Shown: positions 1 to 12,111, counted from the first letter of the stretch. The stretch: 64,000 bases of DNA from Ministeria vibrans ATCC 50519 (GCA_943704425.1 CALSCP010001679.1:83430-147429); one strand, 5' to 3'. Notes: generated by a model from the sequence alone, not told the origin. Numbers and translations: made by a program.

Positions 1-229
1 ATGCAGAGGTCTTCGGAGTGCGTTGTCGCCATGTAGGCGCGCCATTGTGACTCAAAAGTACCCCTCCCTTCTTCAGGCTCCTCGTTCGCGAAGCAAGCCT
101 ATGACAAGAAGATCAATACACAATAAGACCAAAGAGGTTGACGGTATCTGAATGAGTGCTTACTTCGGAAACGGTTGAGGGTTTTCTCAAGGGCGACGGC
201 GGAGGCGCTTGCGGTGCAAGTCGTTCCAT
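1..229 (-). CDS. 5' part of an unidentified spliced gene running off the left edge (exons ~229-164 and 98-<1)
   Basis: ATG at 229 gives MERLAPQAPPPSPLRKPSTVSE, then a GTAAGC donor and CATAG acceptor. The frame stays open to base 1 (ACFANEEPEEGRGTFESQWRAYMATTHSEDLC). No recognisable domain. Confidence 0.35.
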
Positions 230-460
230 TAGAATGTCGGTCGAATTGACGAGGCATGCAGCTGCACAGCGAATGCGAGACAGTCAGCAGATCACTCCAA
301 AAGCGCATTCGAGGCGCCAGAGTGGCCCAACGGCGCACCCTGGACACAAAACAACCCCTCCACACAACATCATAACACACACCACTAATGTACATGCGTC
401 ATCCGACACACCATATATATCGCGTTTCGATAACACCCAAAGTCAACGCCTGAGAGGTCA

Positions 461-470
461 NNNNNNNNNN
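461..470. other. Assembly gap (N x10)
   Basis: Run of n; true length unknown. Confidence 0.99.
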
Positions 471-1607
471 CACAGGCCGAGTACAAGGATACTTTCAAGC
501 CTACTCCTCCGCTTCATCAACACCCCCCTTGCGGCGCCTCCGTCTGCGTCTGCCGCTGAGCCGGCGGCCCGCTGGCTGCGCGTCGGTGCTCTCGTGCGCT
601 TCCTGGTAGGCTTCCTCGCGACGTACGTTGTCTTTGCGCTCGCGACCGCCATGCTCTTCGCCTCGTCCGTTGCCGACGGCGCCCGTCTCGGCTTTGGCGC
701 CCTCTTCATGGCTGCTGGCTTTCTGGCCTGGTCGGGCCGTCTCGATCCGCTTGCGCTGCCCGTCTTTGCCGATCCGCTGCTCATGGGCTTCTCGTATGCC
801 CTCCTCGTCACCGTCAACCCCTGCACCGTGCCCTTCCTGGCCTTTGTCCTCTCCCTCCACACCCACCATGCTCTCCCGGCCCTCCTGGCCTTTGGCTGTG
901 GCCTCGTCTCGCCCGCCGTTGCCTTTGCGATCATCGGCCGTTCGGCTCTCTCCTTCTTCCGCCGCAACGCACAACTCCTCAACCGCCTCAACCGCCTCAT
1001 GAACATCGTGCTCTTCTGCAGCGGCATCTACGTCGCCGCCGGCACCTGGCTCATCACACCAGCCAACACCGTCGTCAGCGGCGTCTGTCTCATCGCCTCA
1101 CTGCGTCTCCTCTTCACGCGCTCCTTCGATCCCGCTCTGCCCACCACTCGCTGGCGCCAACTCGCCCTTGTGCTTGCCTGCACCACCACCTCCATCTTCA
1201 TCACCCTCTGCCCCCTGCCCTTCCTCCACGACCAGTCTCGCCACGCCTTCATCGCCCTCGTCCTCAACACCGACCCTAGCACCAGCCACTCAGACGACTC
1301 CTTAGACACCGACGACGACGACTCATGGCTCGCCACCGTCAACACCACCACCACTGCGACAGACCTCAACGTAACCTCCGACACACCTACGCTTACCAGT
1401 GACTCAACTCTTCCCTCTCTTCTTCTCCCTTGCGACCCCCAGACGTCACTCAGTCCCACCGGTGGCTGTGCTCCAATCGACTTACTCGATCCATGCGATA
1501 CATGTCAAGTCTGTCTTGCGCTCTATCTGCTTGCCGTCGTCTCCGTTGCGCTCTCGCTTGCAATGCACTTGAGGGCCACTCTCAAGAAACAAGCATTGCC
1601 CACGTAG
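471..1607 (+). CDS. Polytopic membrane protein with a CcdA/DsbD-like transmembrane redox domain; 5' end lost in the gap
   Basis: Eight or more hydrophobic helices. GFSYALLVTVNPCTVPFLAFVL...LLAFGCGLVSP...RLMNIVLFCSG resembles the second PC-motif half of CcdA/DsbD-beta. There is an acidic Thr/Ser loop and a C-terminal CDTCQVC before the last TM. Confidence 0.6.
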   Translation, partial: HRPSTRILSSLLLRFINTPLAAPPSASAAEPAARWLRVGALVRFLVGFLATYVVFALATAMLFASSVADGARLGFGALFMAAGFLAWSGRLDPLALPVFADPLLMGFSYALLVTVNPCTVPFLAFVLSLHTHHALPALLAFGCGLVSPAVAFAIIGRSALSFFRRNAQLLNRLNRLMNIVLFCSGIYVAAGTWLITPANTVVSGVCLIASLRLLFTRSFDPALPTTRWRQLALVLACTTTSIFITLCPLPFLHDQSRHAFIALVLNTDPSTSHSDDSLDTDDDDSWLATVNTTTTATDLNVTSDTPTLTSDSTLPSLLLPCDPQTSLSPTGGCAPIDLLDPCDTCQVCLALYLLAVVSVALSLAMHLRATLKKQALPT

Positions 1608-1795
1608 AGGAATCATTGCAAGAAAGATCAATATTGTACTTTAGTATTAGTGATGATTTGTATTTGTGCTCTTTTGCACACACACACACATACCTTTTGT
1701 TTGGGATTGATAGTAAACTAACTATGACTTTTGTTACATAAAATAACGCAAATGTCTTCATTCTCACACAATACATATCCTGTTCTCTTTATTAC

Positions 1796-3241
1796 TTACA
1801 AATAGGGCAAAAGTGGCTCTCTCGTCTGCACTTTGCGCTCTCTCTTTTTGCGTTCCGTTTCCGTCAGCTCAGCCAATCGTACTTTGCGCTCCCACAAACT
1901 CACTTTCCGGCGCATTTCCGTCACTTCCCCCTTCAATCGCACATACTCAATCACATCGGGCGCTCGATGCGTTTCCCGCATTTTCCGCTCCCTCTCGTTC
2001 ACTCGTTCCGCTCTTTCCCGCTCCTTTTCCGCTCGACCTAATTCCGTCTCAATCCGTCCAATCAGATCTTTCCGCTGCTCCAACTCACTCTGGGCCCTTT
2101 CGCTCGTCCGCAGTGCTTGTTCTAGCTCCTCTTTCAGTCGCCCCAATTCCTGTACACCCAAATTAAGAATATAATATAATAACAATATTCATTAATTTTT
2201 ATTTTTATGATTGGTTCAATTTATTTTGTTGATTGTGTGTGTTTTAAATGTACCTTTTGTGACTTTGACGCAATCACTTTCAATCGACTCGTTTCTGCAT
2301 TTTTCTGCTTCACAATTTCATGTCGTTCATCAATTTCAATGCGCATCCGATCCATATCGACCGCATGAAGAACCTTAAAAAAAATTAATCATATTCGACT
2401 GTAACATCCATGTCATTTTTTTGTACCTCTCCCTTCTCCTCCTTTTCTTTGATCAATTGAAGCGTGCGCAAAATCTGTCCTCTCAGTGTTCCATTGCGCA
2501 AGCGCAGCTTTTCAATGGTTCCGTCGCGCTGGCGTTGCTTCTCTTCGTGAAAGCGGATGAGTCGCTCGGCCGACACTGCGCCACTTTGACTGGTGCCCTC
2601 CGCCGCCTTCCGCTCAAGACTACGACGGAAATCAAACTCAAACATGCGCTGATCCAGCGTGGACTGCTCGTGTTCTTCGCACACAGACCGAAGAGTCGAA
2701 ACCTACAAGTGAAATATACAATTATATTATAAGAATGATGATCAATGATGTAATGTTATTACTATCATTTATAATCATAATACTAAATGATTCTCTCTCT
2801 CCGATCTTCTTTACCTGTCGTTGCATCTGCTCCTTTGCTCTCTTGTGCAGCTTCTGAAGACGTTCAAGTTCCCCATCGGCAATGAGAAACTTCTGCTCAA
2901 ACGTCAGAGTGAGCTCGTCACACTGATCGTCCGAGACTGAATCAACAGTCTCGTGCATGCGCTGCTGTTCCTGCTCTCGCGACGCTGTCGACACATTGTC
3001 CCACGTTTCGTCGTCGTGCCCGCTTGCTAGATACGACTCAAAAAGTTGATTCTCAAGCTCAATCTCCTGCGAAATATATAAAAGCGATGGTTGCCAAGGA
3101 AACCAATGTGTGTGTGTTTGTTTTTACCTTATTGCGCCTTCGCGCATCCTCTAACATGGCCTCCAATTCACCCGTGGGGTACTGGTCCAACGTGGCCGTA
3201 AGGTCAACGAGTGTTTGCTCAGTTTCTTTGATTGATGTCAT
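1796..3241 (-). CDS. CCDC113: Cilia/flagella coiled-coil protein CCDC113/CFAP263 (DUF4201); exons 3241-3128, 3066-2815, 2702-2427, 2373-2254, 2149-1796
   Basis: Motifs ELENQLFESYL, LTFEQKFLIA, LHAVDMDRMRIE and PDVIEYV...SLWERKVRLAEL match the CCDC113 family. All introns are GT-AG and phase 0. Confidence 0.85.
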
Positions 3242-3308
3242 TGTACAAACAGAAAAAATAATAAAATCCAATCGATTATCAGAGAAGAAAAATTGTACAT
3301 TGTAGTGA

Positions 3309-6300
3309 TCAACTCTCTGGGTCCGTTCCGTACTCACTCTCGTCGGTGCTGAAATTCACATCGAGCAACGGCGCACTCAGCTCTTTCTTGACGACGTCGG
3401 CATACGTGAGCGGACACAACACTCCCTCTGCGTCTCCCACCGCCTCCTCCCCCTCCTTTGTGTTCTCGTCCACTTTCTCTGTCGGCATGGATGTGTTGCG
3501 TATCGTCTCAACACTCGCACGAATAGGACGGGGCAGGCAGAAGCGGAATGGGTAAAGGAGACGCGCAAGACGGAGGGTCTCCGACGAGTCCTGGAGCACG
3601 TCGCGCGCACAGCGAAATGCCTCGAGAAAGTGCGACATGTCACTCTGAAAGCACTCAGTGGTCAGTTTGTCGGGCGACGAGAGGGTAAAGAGCAAATTGG
3701 AATAGTGCATAACATAGCGACGGGTCGCAGTCAGACGCAGAGTGGCATCGACCATCAAGTGGCGCACAGTCGAGCGCAACAGGTCATTCTGCGCAAACCG
3801 CAGTCCGTCAAAGGTCAACAATGACTCCTCCACTAGCCCAAAGAGCAGTTCTTCTGTCTCCTCCACAGGCAGCGCAAAGACCGAGGCAGCCGCACACGGG
3901 TCAAACGGAGTGGCAAAGATCGAAAGAAGCATCATGGAACTCTGAACGAGAGAGAGAGTCAGTATATCACGAGATCGATGAAAGAGTGAAAAGGACCTTT
4001 TGCTCTTGTTCGAGCAGATTGAACGTCTCAATGAGCCCAATGGATTCGGCGAGTTTCGCTTTGGGGTGATCTGCAGACTCATCGGGCGCACTGAGGCGCG
4101 CAAGAACACCCTCAATGCGACTGAGTGAGAGGCGTTTAAGCTGCGAGCTGAGCACACGAATGGCAAGTGGGAGGAAAGACGCAGCACGAGCAAGTTGGAG
4201 GGACAGCGAAGCAGTTAGGGATGGTAGGAAATAATGCACGAGCGACAGACTAGTAAAAGTGATGGAGAAGGGAAAACGAACAGAGAGAGAGAAAGAGAGA
4301 ACGTGATGGAATTGAGTAAGTGATTGACTAAAGTGTGTGTTTTTCTACCTTGATTCCTCTGATAGCTCACCAATTCGCCTAAACCACACACACACAAAAA
4401 AAAAAACAATATTAAGCAAAAAATAATAATAACGATAACTTTGGTACAGATTGAGTGCGTTTGGCGCAAAAGACTCAATTTCAATGCGACGCCGCGATGT
4501 CACCAACACAAGAGCATCGTGTGCGCGCGGAAGAAGATCCTATGTTGACACACAACATTCATCATCAAACACCAAAAAAATTATTATGGTCAAAGTGCGT
4601 GACTCTTACAGTGACAAGAGAGAGATTGGAACAGTTTTCAATCACAAGAATTGAACGTTTTCCGCTAAACACGTGGTTGTATTCAGAGCGAATATGCCCA
4701 CTGTCCTTTCGATCAATGTGCTACAAGAGAGAAAATTCAATTCGATAAATTAAAACTTGATTCGTTTGATCACTTGTTTTACCTTTTCCGGGAATTTGGT
4801 GTGAATAATAATCGTCATAGCGTCTTCAATGGATAAATACTGGAGCAAAGATAGAGAGAGAGAGAAAGGAAGGAGAAAGAAACAAAGTGATAAAGAGAGA
4901 GAGAAAGAAAGGAAGGAGAAAGAAACATAGATAGAGAATAAGTAGTTAATCTATTGCAAAATCGACAAAATTAAAAGACGAATAATTTAATGTACTTTGT
5001 CGTTTTCAAACCCTTTGAGACTGACAAAGAGCCAATTGTGCGGGAAAATGGGTCTGAAACGCTCAGCCAATCTCTGAGCGAGAGCGGATTTACCCGCACC
5101 GGCAGGACCAAAGAGACAGACCACGTGACAGCTCACGCGCGAAGACGAAAAGACGCGCTGTTCAATCAACTAACAGACAGCAACAGAAAAGTAAGAAGGG
5201 ATAAGGAACAACAAAAAGAGATAGAGGAAGGCAGGGAGGGAGAAGAATCGTAAAGGAAGAGAAAACAAACGAGAAAGCGTGAGGGTCAAAATTGGCACAA
5301 TAATGAAACACACAAAGATAAATTAATACTACTAATCCTACATGACAATCAGGTAGATAGAAAAAACTTTACACGTAGTATTGTAAAATGACAACCCGGC
5401 ATAAAAAGGGGGTTTGTTTGTACCTTAATTTCGGATTCTCTGCCAACCAATTCCGGCGAGACAATCTCAGTGTCCTCATTCGCACTTGCGTTGACTTTCC
5501 ACGCGCGAGACAGTCTCTCTTGCACAAGTGACACATCTAGTACCTGAAATAGCCAATAATTAAAGAGGCTTCTGACGCTTCGGTGGATCAGATTGTGCTC
5601 TCACTTCAACAGAGCCGTCGCGTTTGATGAATGCGTGTCCTGTGTTGTTGAAGTAGACGGGCGAAATTCCCTTCGAGACATGAATCTCGAGAACAAAGAA
5701 GTCCGGTTGGTCGTCTGCGTTGTACTCGCGACGTCCCTTGCGCTGCTGCTGCTGGTGGTGCTTGGACGACGCAACTTCGTCAATGTACATCTCAATCTCG
5801 TCGTCGTGTAGTCGTGCGCCTTTGCGTCCCTTTTTGCTTTTGATTGGGGATGTGGGTGATCGAGCTTGCTGGGGATGGTGGGATCGTTGTACAGGTACAA
5901 GGCGGACGCGCAACAATGACGGATCAACCTACAACAGAGTCTGCACAGTGAACTTATCACTGGAGTTTCATACCTGAGGACGAAACTGCCCAATCTACAA
6001 AAGCGAATGCAACAAATGAGTCCAACGCACCCCCAATCGGTTGCCAGTGCACCCAAGTACCTGTGAGTCGATAGTCAAGTGGATGTCGTCGCGCTGCTTG
6101 CGCGTAAGCAGCATTCCGCGCACAACGCCATTGTCTACACACCACACGAACTCACATCGACCAAACACCCACTAAGCACCACATTCCGCGCACCTTCAAT
6201 GCCGCAGTACAACGTCCCGCCGTCCGTATTCTACAAAGACGCCCCAGGAGTCAGCCGCAGTGCCGTGGGAGCGCACAGAGAGCGTACGAGAAAGGCATTG

Positions 6301-6438
6301 ACATATTTCTTGACGTGCACAGCGACAAGACCCGACGTGCACCGCTTGAACTCATGGTACCGGTCCTCCTCCATCACCACTCGCTCCCCTTTGACATAGA
6401 AATCACGTTCGTCCATAACGACAAAAATTAGGAGAAAG

Positions 6439-6472
<34 letters not shown>

Positions 6473-7203
6473 GGCTGACACGAGAAAAAAAAAAGGAAGA
6501 ATAAGGAGTGAGACGTACGGATGGGGTCAGCGGGGAGGGAGGGGGGTAAGAAGTCGTGGAGGAAGTGGTGGTCCAAGTCCATGGGGTCGGGGTGGTCGGG
6601 GGCGGACAGGGGCGGACTGGCTGCCGCTGTCGTCGGGTTGGAGACGGAGCTGCGTCGGGAGCCAAAGCTCGACGGCGTCTCGTCGTGCGAGCAGCCCGCC
6701 GTCCATGCCCGCACGTCGCTCATCCGGTCGCACCACGACGCTACACCATCCCGTTAGTATTGCGCAGCCGATGAGTCACGCGATGAGAAACGCTTTAAAA
6801 AAAATTTTTTTTTCACACACACACACAGAGACAGAAGGAGACGCAACAACCACTCGGACTCCATACCGGTCTGTAGCATAGTGGTCCAGTACGCAGGGGC
6901 TGACGTGCTATCCGTGAAGGCGCCTTTCCTTCGTTTCTATAAGCAGAGTGTTTAATATATTCAGCGTGTCGCATTTTTTTTTTTTTTTTTGAAAAAGCAA
7001 TGAGGAGAGCGTACGGAGAGGGAATGAGGGAGGGAGGCAGGATCGACATCTTCGGGGGCAGCATCGTCGAAGGTAGACGAGCGGCGTTTGTGCGAGCGAC
7101 GGCACGAGATGGAGATAGGGAGACTCGAGCCAAAGGCGGGCGCGCGCTCTTCGGGCGGCGATGCGGACGTCCACGAGCCGCTCGAGGGCGAGGGGGTATC
7201 CAT
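3309..7203 (-). CDS. Schlafen AlbA_2 nuclease domain fused to an NB-ARC/AP-ATPase STAND NTPase and winged helix, ~835 aa; exons 7203-7015, 6936-6867, 6740-6519, 6388-6288, 6230-6194, 6134-6061, 5994-5974, 5928-5605, 5543-5424, 5169-4996, 4839-4783, 4720-4610, 4539-4448, 4378-4349, 4249-3997, 3941-3309
   Basis: The spliced frame reads EEDRYHEFK..KYVNAFL|NTDGGTLYCGIE|DNGVVRG..RDDIHLTIDSQ|IGQFRPQ|VDP..AFIKRDGSVE (AlbA_2). It continues LVGRESEI, Walker A GPAGAGKS, Walker B ILVIEN, sensor-1 LLP..VLVTSRR, LRIGELSEE, FLPLAIRV, and wHTH LSIF..PFD..AAASV..LVEESLL..RFAQNDLLR. Exon lengths sum to 2508 nt, in frame. The first three exons are less certain. Confidence 0.85.
6439..6471. repeat. Poly(A)/poly(T) tract inside an intron
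   Basis: About 33 consecutive A on the + strand. Confidence 0.9.
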
Positions 7204-7346
7204 GGAGGGCGCGGGGGGAGGGCTGTGGTGGACGGGTCTGTGGCTTGGTTGAGGCGATGGGGAGACAATATTTGATTGAAATAAGGATTCATTTATTTGG
7301 GATTTTGGGTCGAATGACAAATTATTATTGATAAAGGTTGACGATT

Positions 7347-7347
7347 T

Positions 7348-7378
<31 letters not shown>

Positions 7379-7408
7379 TAATAATAATAATAATAATAAT
7401 AATAATAG
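7347..7408. repeat. (AAT)n microsatellite, intergenic
   Basis: About 20 AAT units with one interruption. Confidence 0.95.
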
Positions 7409-7551
7409 TGTTATAATACGGCGGTCTATCCGCTGTCGGTGGAAGTATTGTGCTGCTCAGCCTGCTCTTTGTTTTGTACACGTTTTGTATGAACAGTATA
7501 GTACAATCTTACTTTTTTTCGTATTATAGAATACAATAATATTATTATGAT

Positions 7552-10500
7552 TTACATCCATTTGTGGGCATACGACGTGGCAAGTTTGGACCAAGAAGAG
7601 ACGGCGGAGCCCTTTGAAGAGGAAGCAGATGTCGCATCGCATACCGTCGAGATAACTTCGGATCGCTCTTCCGGACTAAACTTGAGCAGCTCTGCCAGCA
7701 CTGGCACCACTGCCGGTCGTCCCTTGGCATCCAATGCAAACTTCAACACCACATTCTGAAAAATAGAGAGAGAAATAAGGGAGACAAGCAAACAAAGTGA
7801 GTGAGAGAAAGAAAGAAAGGAAGGAGAAAGAAAGAAACAAGAGAGAAACAAAGTGATGGGAAAGAATCAAGATTATACAAAAGGGAATGAGAAAACCAAT
7901 GATCGAATAGTGAAATAAAATACTATAATTATATTATTACCTTGAGATACTCAAGGTTGACCGACTCCTCTTCGCGCTTGGCATTGCGCTCGAGGCGACG
8001 AATCTCCTCCTTGAGAACCTTCTCCTGCATCAATGCACGCCCCACATCTTGCTCATACTCATGGACCATTTCCCGCAGTCGCGCAATTTCCTCCCGCTCA
8101 GCCTCCGCCAGAGCCGCAGTGCCCTCATCATCGAGCCTTGTGCTACTCTGAGCTGAGTCGCGTCCTGTGCCATTGCGTACACCCTTTGTGAGCAGACGCG
8201 AAAGGAACACAGATGGGTTGAGCACAGCACCAGACAAGCGCGTGCTCTCCTGCGTCTCCGGCTCACGCCCACTTGTATCGTGCTCCTCCGCACTCGACTC
8301 AGATTCTACCCCACCCTTCTTCTTCTCCACACTCTGCTGCTGTCTCAATCGCTCCTGATCCCTCAACCGCTCCAACTGCTGCTGCAAGTCCACCGCCTCA
8401 CTGCGCATCTTCCGCACAAGCTCACCCGAACGCGTCTCCCGCTCCACAGCCTTGGCCTCGGCTGCCGTCACGCGCGCCCCCATTGCCGCCAACTCAGTCG
8501 CACGCGCACTCAATTCTCCTTCCATCTCGTGCATTCGCGTGCGATACTTGCCAGCCGCACTCTCACTCGTCACAACAAGTGCCTCGCGCGCTCGCACGGC
8601 CTCGTCCCGCTCTCGCTCCGCCCGCGACACCCGTTCCTCCACCTCCTCCTCGAGTGCCACCAGTCGCTCGCACGTTCGCTCCAGCTCCCCTCGTGTCACC
8701 GCCACTTCATTTTCCAACTCCCGTACGCGCCCCGTCGCCGCCACAAGTGCCTCAAGTGAGGTGCGCGACGTAGACGACAATGGTGTCGACGGTGCACTGC
8801 CAGACTCCACCACCACGACGCGTGTTGCCTCTCCCTCCGTCTCCACTGCCGCCTCCTCCACAACCGAAATGGTCTCGGCGTCCCGCTGTCGCTTAAGCAC
8901 TGCCTGAGCTCGCACCTGGTAACTGCGGTACTCCTCACGGACCCCGTCGAGCTCCTCTTGCACCTCCGTTGCGCGTTTCCGAGCGCTCCGCGCACCCAAC
9001 TCGGCCGACTCCAATTGCACCTGTAGCTGCGCTGTACTCTCAGCCGTCGTCACACGCAATACATCATACTCCTCACGCACCCGCTCATACTGCTCACGCG
9101 CCTCTGTTGCACTCGTCTCCATCACCGCCATCTTGCCTTTGAGGTCATCCACTTCCCGTTTGAGTCGCACGAGCAGGCCGCGCATTTTCGCTCCCTTGTC
9201 CGTTGTCTCCACATGCGCTGCAGTCTCTCCCGCCAACTTCTCCCGCAACACCCGTGCCTCCCCCTCCGCCGCATCACATGCACTTGTCTTTGCCGCCAAC
9301 TGCGCTGCAAGCGCCTCGACACTCCTCGAGGCGTCCTCCAACTCCAACTGCAACATCGACTGTGCACTCTGCACGCTGCTCGCCTGTCCTTCTTTCTCCC
9401 TTTCTAATTCCCCAATGCGTCGCGCGCTCACCTCCAACTCAGCCACAAGCGTTTCCACTCGTGCCTCAAGTGCACCACACTCGCGCATTTTCTCCTCCAC
9501 ACTGCCCTCCAGTGTCCCCACAAGTCGCTCGGCCGTCGCAGCGCGTTCCTCTATAGCACTTGAAACAGCTTGGGTCTCGTGCATCGCCCGCTCGTGCGCC
9601 TCACTCGTCTCTTCCAGCTCGCGCACTCGCGTACGTAAAAGCCCAATTTCTTCTTCAGTGGGCGCCACACTAGTTGTGAGTGGAGTCTCATCGACTGTTC
9701 TCCGGTCACTCAGTTGCGCCTCCAGCTCTGCAATGCGCGACTCGCTCGTCTGCTGTTCTTCCTCAAGTCGCGCCTCTAGCTCTGCAATGCGCGAATCACT
9801 CGTCTGTCGTTCTTCCTCAAGTCGTGCCTCCAGCTCTGCAATGCGCGACTCGCTCGTCTGCTGTTCTTCAAGTCGCGCCTCCAGCTCTGCAATGCGCGAA
9901 TCACTCGTCTGTCGTTCTTCCTCAAGTCGTGCCTCCAATGCAGCAACGTCCCCAACACTCGCCAACAGTCCCTCTTTGGCGCGCGTCGTTTGGGCCTCGG
10001 CAGTCGTGAGCGCCTCTTGCAGAGCAATGAGAGCCGCACCGTCGTGTTCGATCGCACCGTCGCCCTCCGCTTCCTTCTCCTCGACAGGCGATCTCCTTTG
10101 CAGGGCCTTAATTTCATCCTGCAATGCCGCAATCTTCTCTTCGGCAGCTGTGGCAGCTGTGGCAGCAGCAAGCGTGGTACTGGCAGCGAGTGCCTGTGAC
10201 TGGGCGAGCGACTCTTCGAGGTGCTTGATGCGATGCGCATCCTCAACCTGCTCTGCTGCGGCCGCCTCAAGACGTTCGACGGTCTCTTGGCGAAGCCTCC
10301 GCTCCGACTCAAGCTCGGCGCTCTTCTCTTGCAAGTCGCTCTTTGTGTTGGCCAGAGTTTGCTTCAGCGTGAGCAGTGCACGCTTCATTTTCGCATTGAG
10401 ATCATTGACGCGTGTTAGTTCTGCGTCCGGCACTGTTGCGTCAGCTGTCGTTGTAGTTGTAGGGGTAGCGGAAGGATGAGAAGAAGAGGACGAGGCGGCG

Positions 10501-11015
10501 CTTGGCGGTGGCGTAGCGTGCTCGAGAGAAGCACATCGCGCGGTGGCCTCGTCGTACTTGACCTTGAGCTTTTGCAGCATGAGCGTTTGTCGTCGAATGT
10601 GCGCATGCAGTTCTTCTTTGGTGCTGTCGGCGCCCGGTCCGCCAGAGCGGCGCAGCGATGACGAGGCGGGTGAGACGGGTGCAGACTGTGGCACAACAGC
10701 CTGTGGCGTACGGCGGCGCGGTGGTGTAGCGGCGTGGGGGCGAATGGGATGGAAGCCATCGTCGTCGTCGTCGTCGTCGTTGTCCTTCTTGTCGCCCTTA
10801 TCGCGGTTGCCGTCGTCATGGGCGCTCTTGGCAGCCACGTCCGCGTGCGCATTGCTGTGGCCCTGCGTCACGCCAATGGCTGGCGGGGGAGCGTGGGCGG
10901 GCTCGTCATCATGGGTGGGTTTGGCCATGTTGGATTTCGTCGCTTTGCTTGGCGACACTGCCCCATCAATGTCTTTCTCGACGTCTCGCAATGCATCTCG
11001 AATTGCCGAGAACAT
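7552..11015 (-). CDS. GRIP-domain golgin (GCC/golgin-97/245-like long coiled coil); exons 11015-7941 and 7755-7552
   Basis: About 1000 aa, mostly heptad coiled coil, including EYRSYQVRAQAVLK. The C-terminal GRIP domain reads VNLEYLK|NVVLKF..VVPVLAELLKFSPEE across a GT-AG intron. Confidence 0.9.
9716..9937 (-). repeat. Coding tandem repeat, about 4 x 57-60 bp (ARLEEE[R/Q]QTS[D/E]SRIAELE), ABAB pattern
   Basis: Directly visible in the DNA and in the golgin translation. Confidence 0.9.
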
Positions 11016-11212
11016 TGTTAAGCCAAGAGGCAAAAGCCAGAAAGATTTGATCATTGATGAATGATGATCAGCAATCGTCTCACTCTCACTTTAACAGTTG
11101 ACTCTCCGTTTTAGTCTTCTACTTCTTTTTCCCCCCTTTTTTGAGCTTACTGCTTCATTTTGCAGTTCTTGCCTTTTTTTTTCGATCGAGTCGCTTGGAG
11201 GTCAAAACAGCC

Positions 11213-12111
11213 ATGAGCGATCACGAAGGGGATGTAAGTGCTTGGCGTTGACTGGTCGTTTGCTCACCTCCCGCCCTTGCCTCCCCTGCCCTTTCCTGAT
11301 GTGTAGGGCAACGCAGAGGAGCATGAAAAGTACGACTACTCTGCCCTTGGCCGGCATCGCTTTAAAATCGAGGTAGGCTGACGCTCAACACAAAAACGTC
11401 GTTTGATGCTGTTTTTTTTTCTCCCTTCCTTTTTTTTTTTTTCTCTTCGTTCGCAGAAACTCATGAAGAACATTGAGAAGCCCGTGTTTATTGCCGAACA
11501 GAGAAAGCCCAAGGAAGGGGGTATCCTGGCGCCGCGTGAGAACCGCAATGTTCAAGGTAGGATTAGCAAAGGGAAAAGAGAGAGACAGAGAGAATGTGTG
11601 TTAGTGTGTTTGTGTGTCTTAATTCATTGTGTGTATATGTTCTGTGTGTAGGATCAACTGCGGGTGCTGGCAGTGGCGAGTTTCATGTGTATCGACAGCT
11701 GAGGAGACGCGAACAGGCTCGTCAGGGGTACATGAGACATCAGACGATGGTGGAGGAAGCAGACCAGAAGTTTGAAGAGAAGCGAGCAGCGATTCAAGCG
11801 CAGGAGGTACCCATTGGCCTACTTGTGCACTGTTGGTCTTGACACGTTTCTTGTGACGCGCGTAGGAGTATGCACGAGCAAAGAAGCGACTGAAGCGTCA
11901 AAGAAAGAAACAGGGCAAGCGGAAGGGTGGCAAAGGGAGCGGAGAAGGAGAGGACGACGACGATGATGATGATGATGAGGACGGAGCCGATGGTGCGGGT
12001 GCGTCGAAGCGGAAACGATCTGAGGGGGGAGCAGACGGTCGTCGTGATGATGGCGATGACGATGATGGTGGGGCGGTCCACGAGCAAGTGTTTACTATTC
12101 AGAGAAAGTAG
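11213..12111 (+). CDS. PRKRIP1: PRKR-interacting protein 1 homolog (DUF1168, spliceosome factor); exons 11213-11233, 11307-11372, 11457-11556, 11652-11806, 11866-12111
   Basis: KLMKNIEKPV...RNVQ|GSTAGAGSGEFHVYRQLRRRE signature, followed by a basic tract and an acidic tail. Confidence 0.92.

Noticed and set aside
156-460. N-terminal 100 aa of the 156..1607 ORF
   Set aside because: It reads through an N gap of unknown size, has no membrane-protein character and overlaps a plausible minus-strand gene start.
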